Made by a program: the position numbers and the translations under genes. Positions 1 to 10,752 of a stretch of 64,000 bases of DNA are shown piece after piece. Numbering within the stretch: the first letter of the stretch is position 1; the number at the start of each line of letters is the position of its first letter. The DNA comes from Azolla caroliniana (lineage: Eukaryota; Plantae; Polypodiophyta), in contig JBHGNT010000055.1 of the NCBI GenBank assembly GCA_043228905.1, forward strand, positions 109,371-173,370. The letters are read 5' to 3'. Under the pieces are notes generated by a model that was given only the letters and a program-made list of their open reading frames with translations, had not been told where the DNA came from and searched no databases.

Positions 1-3000
1 TCCCATATAATAGCTACCGTTGTTAGCTTCGATTCACATATTTGAACACAAAAATCCGATATCACACGAGCCAGGTATGAACATTTTAATTTACTCAAGG
101 GCTCCTCTCAACTCACTCCTCAAGATTGCTAATTTCTTCACATTTCTCGACCTGAGTTTCAAAATCTTTATTTTTTAGTTCCATAGAATAGCTAGCATTG
201 TTAGCTTGATTCGCATGTTTGAACACAAAAATCCGATATCACACGAGCCAGGTATGAACATTTTAATTTACTCAAGGGGTCCTCTCAACTCCCTCCTCAA
301 ATTTGGTAATTTCGTCATGTCTCTCGACCTGAGTTTCAAAATCATGATTTTCTAATTTCATATCATAGCTAGCGTTGTTAGCTTCGATTCGCATGTTTGA
401 ACACAAAAATCCGATATCACACGAGCCAGGTATGAACATTTTAATTTACTCAAGGGCTCCTCTCAACTCCCTCCTCAAATTTGGTAATTTCTTCAAATCT
501 CTAGACCTAAATTTCAAAATCTTGATTTTTTAGTCCCATATAATAGCTAGCGTTGTTAGCTTCGATTCGCATGTTTGAACACAAAAATCCGATATCACAC
601 GCGCCAGGTATGAACATTTTAATTTACTCAAGGGCTCCTCTCAACTCCCTCCTCAAATTTGGTAATTTCGTCATGTCTCTCGACCTGAGTTTCAAAATCT
701 TGATTTTTTAGTTCCATATAATAGCTAGCGTTGTTAGCTTCGATACGAATGTTTGAACACAAAAATCCGATATCACACGCGCCAGGTATGAACATTTTAA
801 TTTACTCAAGGGCTCCTCTCAACTCCCTCCTCAAATTTGGTAATTTCGTCATGTCTCTCGACATGAGTTTCAAAATCTTGATTTTTTAGTTCCATATAAT
901 AGCTAGCGTTGTTAGCTTCGATACGAATGTTTGAACACAAAAATCCGATATCACACGCGCCAGGTATGAACATTTTAATTTACTCAAGGGCTCCTCTCAA
1001 CTCCCTGCTCAAATTTGGTAATTTCGTCATGTCTCTCGACCTTAGTTTCAAAATCTTGATTATTTAGTTCCATATAATAGCTAGCGTTGTTAGCTTCGAT
1101 ACGAATGTTTGAACACACAAATCCGATATCACACGACCCAGGTATAAACATTTAAATTTACTGAAGGGCTCCTCTCAACTCCCTCCTCAAATTTGGTAAT
1201 TTCGTCATGTCTCTCGACCTGAGTTTCAAAATCATGATTTTTTAATTTCATATCATAGCTAGCGTTGTTAAATTCGATTCGCATGTTTGAACACAAAAAT
1301 CCGATATCACACGAGCCAGGTATGAACATTTTAATTTACTCAAGGGCTCCTCTCAATGCCCTCCTCAAATTTGGTAATTTCTTCAAATCTCTAGACCTGA
1401 GTTTCATAATCTTGATTTTTTAGTCCCATATAATAGCTAGCGTTGTTAGCTTCGATTCGCATGTTTGAACACAAAAATCCGATATCACACGAGCCAGGTA
1501 TGAACATTTTAATTTACTCAAGGGCTCCTCTCAACTCCCTCCTCAAATTTGGTAATTTCGTCATGTCTCTCGACATGAGTTTCAAAATCTTGATTTTTTA
1601 GTTCCATATAATAGCTAGCGTTGTTAGCTTCGATACGAATGTTTGAACACAAAAATCCGTTATCACACGCGCCAGGTATGAACATTTTAATTTACTCAAG
1701 GGCTCCTCTCAACTCCCTGCTCAAATTTGGTAATTTCGTCATGTCTCTCGACCTTAGTTTCAAAATCTTGATTATTTAGTTCCATATTATAGCTAGCGTT
1801 GTTAGCTTCGATACGAATGTTTGAACACACAAATCCGATATCACACGACCCAGGTATAAACATTTAAATTTACTGAAGGGCTCCACTCAACTCCCTCCTC
1901 AAATTTGGTAATTTCGTCATGTCTCTCGACCTGAGTTTCAAAATCATGATTTTTTAATTTCATATCATAGCTAGCGTTGTTAGCTTCGATTCGCATGTTT
2001 GAACACAAAAATCCGATATCACACGAGCCAGGTATGAACATTTTAATTTACTCAAGGGCTCCTCTCAATGCCCTCCTCAAATTTGGTAATTTCTTCAAAT
2101 CTCTAGACCTGAATTTCAAAATCTTGATTTTTTAGTCCCATATAATAGCTAGCGTTGTTAGCTTCGATTCGCATGTTTGAACACAAAAATCCGATATCAC
2201 ACGCGCCAGGTATGAACATTTTAATTTACTCAAGGGCTCCTTTCAACTCCCTCCTCAAATTTGGTAATTTCTTCATGTCTCTCGACCTGAGTTTCAAAAT
2301 CTTGATTTTTTAGTCCCATATAATAGCTACCGTTGTTAGCTTCGATTCACATATTTGAACACAAAAATCCGATATCACACGAGCCAGGTATGAACATTTT
2401 AATTTACTCAAGGGCTCCTCTCAACTCACTCCTCAAGATTGCTAATTTCTTCACATTTCTCGACCTGAGTTTCAAAATCTTTATTTTTTAGTTCCATAGA
2501 ATAGCTAGCATTGTTAGCTTGATTCGCATGTTTGAACACAAAAATCCGATATCACACGAGCCAGGTATGAACATTTTAATTTACTCAAGGGGTCCTCTCA
2601 ACTCCCTCCTCAAATTTGGTAATTTCGTCATGTCTCTCGACCTGAGTTTCAAAATCATGATTTTTTAATTTCATATCATAGCTAGCGTTGTTAGCTTCGA
2701 TTCGCATGTTTGAACACAAAAATCCGATATCACACGAGCCAGGTATGAACATTTTAATTTACTCAAGGGCTCCTCTCAACTCCCTCCTCAAATTTGGTAA
2801 TTTCTTCAAATCTCTAGACCTAAATTTCAAAATCTTGATTTTTTAGTCCCATATAATAGCTAGCGTTGTTAGCTTCGATTCGCATGTTTGAACACAAAAA
2901 TCCGATATCACACGCGCCAGGTATGAACATTTTAATTTACTCAAGGGCTCCTCTCAACTCCCTCCTCAAATTTGGTAATTTCGTCATGTCTCTCGACCTG

Positions 3001-5265
3001 AGTTTCAAAATCTTGATTTTTTAGTTCCATATAATAGCTAGCGTTGTTAGCTTCGATACGAATGTTTGAACACAAAAATCCGATATCACACGCGCCAGGT
3101 ATGAACATTTTAATTTACTCAAGGGCTCCTCTCAACTCCCTCCTCAAATTTGGTAATTTCGTCATGTCTCTCGACATGAGTTTCAAAATCTTGATTTTTT
3201 AGTTCCATATAATAGCTAGCGTTGTTAGCTTCGATACGAATGTTTGAACACAAAAATCCGATATCACACGCGCCAGGTATGAACATTTTAATTTACTCAA
3301 GGGCTCCTCTCAACTCCCTGCTCAAATTTGGTAATTTCGTCATGTCTCTCGACCTTAGTTTCAAAATCTTGATTATTTAGTTCCATATAATAGCTAGCGT
3401 TGTTAGCTTCGATACGAATGTTTGAACACACAAATCCGATATCACACGACCCAGGTATAAACATTTAAATTTACTGAAGGGCTCCTCTCAACTCCCTCCT
3501 CAAATTTGGTAATTTCGTCATGTCTCTCGACCTGAGTTTCAAAATCATGATTTTTTAATTTCATATCATAGCTAGCGTTGTTAGCTTCGATTCGCATGTT
3601 TGAACACAAAAATCCGATATCACACGAGCCATGTATGAACATTGTAATTTACATACTACCTCTTCTCAACTCACTCTTCAAATTAGTTAATTTCGTCATG
3701 TCTCTCGACTTGAGTTTCAAAATCTTGATTTTTTATTTTCATATCAAGCTAGCGTTGTTAGCTTCGATTCGCATGTTTGAACACAACAATCCGATATCAC
3801 ACGAGCCAGGTATGAACATTTTAATTTTCCTACTAGGTCTTCTCAACTCACTTCTCAAATTAGGTAATTTCGTCATCTCTCTCGACCTGAGTTTCAAAAT
3901 CTTAATTTTTTAATTTCATATCATAGCTAGCGTTGTTAGCTTCGATTCGCATGTTTGAACACAAAAATCGGATATCACACGCGCCAGGTATGAACATTGT
4001 AATTTACCTACTAACTCTTCCCAACTCCCTCCTCAAATTTGGTAATTTCGTCATGTCTCTCGGTCTGAGTTTCACAATCTTGGTTTTTTAATTCCATATC
4101 ATAGCTAGCGTTGTTAGCTTCGATTCGCATGTTTGAACACAAAAATCCGATATCATACAAGCCAGGTATGAACATTTTAATTTACCTACTAGGTCTTCCC
4201 AACTCCCTCCTCAAATTTGGTAATTTCGTCATGTCTCTCGATCTGAGTTTCAGAATCTTGATTTTTTAATTCCATATCATAGCTAACGTTGTTAGCTTCG
4301 ATACGAATGTTTGAACACACAAATCCGATATCACACGATCCAGGTATGAACATTTTAATTTACGCAAGGGCTCCTCTCAACTCCCTCCTCAAATTTGGTA
4401 ATTTCTTCATATCTCTCGACCGGAGTTTCAAAATCTTGATTTTCTAATTCCATATCAGAGCTAGCGTTGTTAGCTTCGATTCGCATATTTGAACACAAAA
4501 ATCCGATATCACACGAGCCAGGTATGAATATTTTAATTTACCTACTAGCTCGTCTAAACTCCCTCCTTAAATTTGCTAATTTCTTCATGTCTCTCGAACT
4601 GAGTTTAAAAATCTTGCATTTCTAATGCCATATCATAGCAAGCGTTGTTAGCTTCGATTCGCATGTTTGAACACAGAAATCTGATATCACACGAGCCAGG
4701 TATGAACATTTTAATTTACCTACTAGCTCTTGTAAACTCCCTCCTCAAATTTGCTAATTTCTTCATGTCTTCGACCTGAGTTTCAAAATCTTGATTTTCT
4801 AATTCCATATCATAGCTAGCGTTTTTAGCTTTGATTCGCATGTTTGAACACAAAAATCCGATATCAGACGAGCCAGGTATGAACATTTTAATTTACTAAC
4901 GGGCTCTTCTTAACTACCTCCTCAAATTTGCTTATATCGTCATGTCTCTCGACCTGAGTTTTAAAATCTTGATTTTCTAATTCCATATCATAGCAAGCGT
5001 TGTTAGCTTCGATTCACATGTTTGAACACAGAAATCCGATATCACACGAGCCAGGTATGAACATGTTAATTTACCTACTAGCTCTTCTAAAGTCCCTCCT
5101 TAAATTTGCTAATTTCTTCATGTCTCTCGACCTGAGTTTCAAAATCTGGATTTTTTAATTCCATATCATAGCAAGAGTTGTTAGCTTCGATTCGCATGTT
5201 TGAACACAAAAATCCGATATCACACGAGCCAGGTATGAACATTTTCATTTACTAACGCGCTCTTC
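1..5265. repeat. 178-bp tandem satellite, array 1 (~29-30 monomers, open at window start); candidate centromeric satellite
   Basis: The core G(A/C)GCCAGGTATGAACATTTT recurs at 68, 245, 423, 601, 779..., a period of 178 (one step of 177). A 2313-bp (13-mer) repeat unit restarts at 2314, with an internal 712-bp (4-mer) duplication. The monomer subtype changes after ~3640. Centromeric role is inference. Confidence 0.97.
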
Positions 5266-5447
5266 TCCACTTCCTCTTGAAATGCCGGCTTTCATTCTCT
5301 TTCCAAATCTCGACCTTCGCCCGGTCGGTCTTTCTCCCCATGTAAAAGAGAGCGGCTCGTCCCGCACCCCCTTCCGTATCGGCACTTTCATGCCGAATCC
5401 GGCCCCGATCGAACGATCCACGACCGGATTCTGCTCCATACGAATCG

Positions 5448-6809
5448 TTATGCCGATCTTCTCGTGCCGCTTCTGTCCTCGGCCTCCTTGCAGGCTGTTT
5501 CCCATCCGACTTCGCTGGCATCGTGCCAGGACTCTTCGGTACCGCCATCCATCACCTCGGTCTTACATGGGCGTACGGGCCCGAATGCCGAGTTCTCCGG
5601 AATCGGGTCCGTGGGCTTTCGTCTATTCCTTCCCCGTATCGTCTCGCCGGTGATTCTTGGTCTATCGCCGCCGCCTTCCTCCGCTTGGGACTCACGTGGG
5701 CACTCGGGCCCGACTGCCATCCTCTCGGGAGCAAGTGTGGGAAGACACAAGGAATCGCCTGTCCATTTTACGCCCTTGTCCGTAGCCACCGACTCTTCGT
5801 GGTCGGCGGTCGTCTTCTTACCGATCGCGCAAGCCCCATCTGGGCTTGCTTCTCCAATGACTGGGATCTCGGGCTGACACGCCCGAGACCGCTGGTCCCA
5901 ACGTTCCGGTTCCGCGATCTGTATCTCGGCCTCGTCCTTGGCCGTTCTATCCCCGCAAGTCGAGAGGGCGTTTCGTTCCGCACCCTCACCCGTGGTACCG
6001 TCGTACCGATCTTCTGCCGTCGCATGGGGCAAGTCCGTCTCCTCAGTCTCGGCTCGCGGCCTTGATCTTTCCTCTTCCTCGAGCATCGCCTCGAGAGCTG
6101 CGTACACCTCCGCAATCCTGGCCCCAACGCCGACCCTTGCCGACTCTCTTTGCCGTTCGGCCTCTTCCCACTGTGATGGCACGCCGTCGCGTCCCTTCCT
6201 CTTAGCCTTCTTGGCTCGCTCATTGTCTAGCCGTTGGCACACCCTTCCGACCTTCAACCAGTCCTCCGTAAGCCCATTCGCTCCATCATCGTCTTCGAGC
6301 TCAATCCCGATGGCCTCTCGTTCCGTTCGGTCAATCGACCTGACGAACAATAGGACCTTGTCCGCCCCCACCAAACCTTGTTCCCGCTCCGAGAGCCGAG
6401 CAAGTCGTCACTCGAACTCTCGGAACGCCTTGGTCGCGCCCCGGTGGGTCTTTGCCGATGCTACCCACTTGTCAAAGTCGTGTTGTCCCCGGCTCTTCCG
6501 CCGTCCTCCGTATGCCTTCAGGAGAGCCTCTTCGAAGGCCTCACGGAGCTCCTTTATTTCCGCATGCATCCGGACAGCCACGACCCGACAGAAGAATTCC
6601 AGCCTCAACGCCTCGCCTACGCCACGCTCCTCCATTTCCGCGTTGTAGGCTTCCAAGTAAGATGGGACTTTGTCCCCGTTGAAACGGCCGACTCTTTCGA
6701 CCACTCGCTCAACCGCTTGTTACGCTGCTTCTCGCCTCATCACCACTCGTGCCGACTCCAATACCACTTCGGCCACCATCTCCGCGAGGTCGTCGTCTTC
6801 CGACTCCAT
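5448..6809 (-). pseudogene. gag-like ORF of the gypsy-like element, with 2 in-frame stops
   Basis: ATG at 6809 gives MESEDDDLAEM...AA*QAVERVVERVGRFNGDKVPSYLEAYNAEM...FREFE*...KVLLFVRSID...LTEDW. The ORFs 6408-6704 and 5448-6374 share this frame. It has a capsid-like RFNG motif and an acidic low-complexity tail. Confidence 0.7.
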
Positions 6810-6846
6810 CCTCCCTTGCCGCCTTTCACGTCGGGTTCACAAAAGA

Positions 6847-7622
6847 TGTCGCATTGTTACGCGCGTGCGTGGAGAAAGGCGGGACCACGGGGGTCTTGGA
6901 CTAGGGAGTGATGGAGCGTAGGAAGTCGTGCTTCACCGTTTCCGGGGCATCCCAGAAGCACACCGGAAGCAACCGAAGAGAGAGAGAGCGCGTGCTTAAC
7001 ACCGACTCATATACACTCACTCACACACACACACACACACACACAGGCCAACCCGACTCACACCCTTAAGTACAGGAAGTGCAGGAAAGGGGAAGAACCT
7101 GACACCAACGAAGACGCGAATATACACAGACAGACACAAACGTATATATGTATATATAAAGAAAAAAAAGAATACATTCCCGGCTTCGAGCCGTTCCAAG
7201 GCAGGTTACAGTAGTCGTCAGCTGCCAAGCCGCCGTCGGGGAGCTCACGGGCTCGTTGCGCCGAGCGGGGTCTTGCACAGGAGATGACCTGAAGCAAACC
7301 CTAAGCGAACACGAAGGAGGAGAAGAAGAAGAAGAAAAAGAAACACTAACCCTAGACTAACGGTATACCCTCTAATGCAAAATGGGCAACCCTTTCACAA
7401 AGGGCGTTCCCCTCCTTTTATAGAACAAGGAAAGGGATGCGTTACAATGTGGGGCAAATCCCGACTTACATGGGATCGCCTGTCCCGACTTGACTACTCT
7501 TCGGCGCCATAAAGGCGCCCTCGATATTCACACTAAATGTGCATGGGTGCGTACACACGCTACACCCCGCCGATGTAGCCAATGTTCCCGGTTTCCGCCT
7601 CTGGCCGAAATTCTTCACGACA
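6847..7622 (-). repeat. LTR (776 bp) of the gypsy-like element
   Basis: TG...CA ends. Its left block GGCGGGACCACGGGGGTCTTGGACTAGGGAGT is shared with solo LTR 62235, and its right end TTCTTCACGACA is shared with solo LTR 60620-61465. It has a TATA-like TATAAAA on the minus strand (~7416-7422), a telo-box AAACCCTAA and a (CA)n tract. Confidence 0.8.
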
Positions 7623-7888
7623 GCGTAATAAAACCTAACTTAGAGAAGTGCATGAAGTGTTTCTTATAGTACAACATTTTAGATGGAAGTGGCTCTAGTG
7701 GGGTGATCCATTTATACCATGTAAATTTGCCATATTTCTTGGCGTATTACTTTATTGCAGTCCTCATGAGAGATTAAAGTGTTATCAATCGCGTGTTCGT
7801 ACTTAACGGGGGGGAGGTTATTAATGTCTAGACCCTTCACAAGAAGCCAAGTCACCATCAGGCCATACCATGAATAGTATAGCCAAAC

Positions 7889-8966
7889 TGTAGAAAGTAG
7901 CGTGCGGAAGCAGGTATGAAGACAGAACAGAGGAAGGAAACACAGGTTTAATGGAGAGCTTGGACTTACACGGTATACGCGGGAGAGACAAAGAGAGAAA
8001 CACAAAAAACTATATTTCACAATAATACTCAATCTCTATACATATGACGTGCTCAGTGAGCACTTTTATACAAGTCCTAGAAGGACTGACCGAAGTACTA
8101 ACAGTACTTCAATGCTCATCAAGAGCCCCTACACTAACTCCCAAATATATTCCTCACGGAATATCTTTCCTAACAACCTAACCGATCGGTCCCAACCGAT
8201 CCGGTCCTCGGCTTCTTCAGCCGATCCGGCCGATGTTGAGCTTGTCTCTCAACACAGACTCATACAATGATCGAGAGGCCTTAAAGGCTTGATGGGATAT
8301 TCTATCATGTGGGAATGTCTCTGTGTGTCGACTCGGGTGCCGCGTCATTAGCTCCTTCGACATAACTCTAGTAGCCATGCCCGAGCAGGTACTGGTGCAT
8401 CTTGTAGGACCAAGATGCGTACTTGGTTCTGTCGAGCTTCTCTGTTGGAAGCGAGCTCGCCATGCCTCTATCCATCGTTCTTCTTGTTCTTCTTCGTCAA
8501 ACTGTGTCGGCTACAGAGAGGTTCTCAACCCTCGCGCTCTGATACCATGTAGAAAGTAGCGTGCGGAAGCAGGTATGAAGACAGAACAGAGGAAGGAAAC
8601 ACAGGTTTAATGGAGAGCTTGGACTTACATGGTATACGCAGGAGAGACAGAGAGAGAAACACAAAAAACTATATTTCACAATAATACTCAATCTCTATAC
8701 ATAAGACGTGCTCAGTGAGCACTTTTATACAAGTCCTAGAAGGACTGACCGAAGTACTGACAGTACTTCAATGCTCATCAAGAGCCCCTACACTAACTCC
8801 CAAATATATTCCTCACGGAATATCTTTCCTAACGACCTAACCGATCGGTCCCAACCGATCCGATCCTCGGCTTCTTCAGTCGATCCAGCCGATGTTGAGC
8901 TTGTCTCTCAACACAGACTCATACAATGATCGAGAGGCCTTAAAGGCTTGATGGGATATTCTATCA
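7889..8966 (-). mobile_element. Miniature copia-derived element (TRIM-like): two 419-bp LTRs around a PBS and a short gag 5' stub
   Basis: Direct repeats 7889-8307 and 8548-8966 (TGTAGAA...TTCTATCA), about 9 differences by eye. tRNA-iMet PBS at 8536-8547 (GCTCTGATACCA on +). Gag stub MASSLPTEKLDRTKYASWSYKMHQYLLGHGY* starts at 8463. No PPT and no TSD. Confidence 0.88.
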
Positions 8967-9159
8967 TGTGGTTGGCTATGTATCCTGTGGATAAAGACTA
9001 CAACTTGAAAAAGTGCCTCTACTAACATCAAGGGTAGAGTGGACTCAGCCCTAATAATGTCATGTGGTATAGTCGATTTGCTTCAGAGTTGGCGTGATAA
9101 TATCATCACTAATGGTCTCTCTAATTGTGTCGACATGAAAGAGATACATGAGGCTTTTC

Positions 9160-9396
9160 TATTGTAACCTGCGGGTGGCGAAGACAGAGCTGGAGGTCGT
9201 TGCCTCCGAGTCTCCCATTGTATCATTCCTCTCATAGTGATTGTTGGAGACTGTGGGCTCCCGTAGTTTTTCCCTTTTAGGGTTTTCCATGTAAACATGT
9301 TGTGTCGGCTTATTTCTTGTTTTATTTACTTCCTCCATTGAGTATTTAAGACTCGGTTGTGGCTGAGCATTATTCCTCACAATCTAGTATCAGAGC
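9160..9396 (+). mobile_element. 3' part of a copia LTR plus a degenerate iMet PBS (orphan fragment)
   Basis: U5-like CCCGTAGTTTTTCCCTTTTAGGGTTTTCC, an end at ...CCTCACA (9381), then TCTAGTATCAGAGC. The 5' boundary is uncertain. Confidence 0.55.
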
Positions 9397-9399
9397 AAG

Positions 9400-10752
9400 G
9401 AAGATCCATTCGGCGGCATGTTGCGGTGTCGACGCTTCTCCTGCTGCCTTTTCTTCCGCTTGGGCCTCGGTTGATTCAGCGTATCTGAATCAAACATCCG
9501 AACCAACTCGGCTACCTCCCATCGGTTTTCGCTCTCGTCCGAGTTGGCTGTCTCCAACTCGTCTTCGGTTTTCTCGCCCTCGATGGCGTCATCTCCCCTA
9601 TCCGTGGTTGGCTTCAGCTCTCTCCTTCGGCTGCTCCCCTTCTATCCGCTTCCGAACTTCTCCGCGGGTCCATCCTCGGCTTCTTCAGCCGATCCGAAGT
9701 CGAACTTGTCAACTGACTCGGTGTCGCGGTCTCCACTGCTTTCCTGTTGCTTTGCTTCGTCGTTCGGGACTGTTCTCCCCCTAAGTTCGGCACGTCAAGG
9801 TGACGCAATCCGAGCGCACCTGAGAATTACCGCAACTTGTCCAGACCAAGAGGCTTGGTGAAGATGTCGGCAGCCTGCCGATCCGTCGGAACGTACTGAG
9901 GTTCGACTTCACCGGAAAGGACACGCTCACGGACGAAATGGTAGTGCACCTCAATGTGCTTGGTCCGTGAGTGGAAGACGGGGTTCTTCACGAGTTGGAT
10001 GTTGCTGAGGTTGTCGCAGTAGATCGCCGTTGGATCGGACACCTCCTCTTGCAGGTCCTTAAGTAGCCGCTTCAACCATATGGCTTCGCATGTCACGACA
10101 GCCGCTCCTCGGTACTCAGCTTCGGTGCTCGACAGTGCAACTATCGACTGCTTCTTACTGCTCCACGCGATCGCGGCACTCCCGAGGGAGAACACGTATC
10201 CAGACGTGGATCGGCGATCGGCGGCGTTGCCAGCCCAATCAGCATCGGTGTAGCTGACTAACTGCGCGGCTGCACCGGTCCGATATAGCAGTCCCTGGTC
10301 CTTAGTGCCGTTGACATACCGAAGTATGCGTTGCGCACACTGAAGGTGCTCCTCGGTAGGTCGCGCCATGAATTGACTGACCACCCCGACCGGATAACTG
10401 AGGTCGGGTCGGGTGGTGGTCAAGTATATGAGGCTTCCGACAATTTGTCGGAACCTCGTCGGGTCGCATACCTTTCCCGTATCGGAACGAAGCTTCACGG
10501 TTCTATCCAGAGGAGTCGAGACGGTCTTACAGTCGGCCATCCCGAATTTGAAGAGCATACTCAGCACGTAGTGACGTTGGCTAATCAATATGCCTTCGGG
10601 GGTACGGATCACTTCGATCCCGAGGAAGTAATGAAGGTCCCCCAGATCCTTCATGTCGAACGATGCCGCAAGCTGGAGCTTCACGCGGTCGATTTCACCT
10701 AGGTCAGCGCCGGTGATGACCAAGTCATCAACATATAAGAGCAAGAGCCGCC
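9400..10752 (-). mobile_element. Ty1/copia fragment: RT C-terminus, RNase H and 3' UTR
   Basis: ORF 9827-10786 contains LYVDDL, MKDLG, YTDADWAG, SSTEAEY and ADIFTK. It is 5'-truncated at ~10750. The 3' UTR shares CCTCGGCTTCTTCAGCCGATCCG with the LTRs at 7889 and 8548. Confidence 0.9.

Larger units (their letters stand above)
5266..7622 (-). mobile_element. Truncated or non-autonomous Ty3/gypsy-like LTR retrotransposon (5' LTR, tRNA-Trp PBS, gag; no pol, no 3' LTR)
   Basis: LTR 6847-7622 is bounded by TG..CA (TGTCGC...CACGACA). Next to it, plus-strand TTCACGTCGGGTTCACAA (~6825-6842) matches the 3' end of plant tRNA-Trp (..TTCACGTCGGGTTCACCA) with one mismatch. A gag-like frame follows on the minus strand. 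Confidence 0.8.

Noticed and set aside
6855-6910. Possible 5S rRNA-derived segment in the LTR (Cassandra-like)
   Set aside because: Only GCGTGC.TGG resembles 5S; there is no recognisable box C or extended match.
5282-6921. Long plus-strand ORFs over the gag region
   Set aside because: Antisense shadows of a GC-rich gag with no independent motifs.
7297-7355. Telomere-like AAACCCTAA motifs (also ~62459-62503 and ~44519-44533)
   Set aside because: These are isolated telo-boxes, not tandem telomeric arrays.
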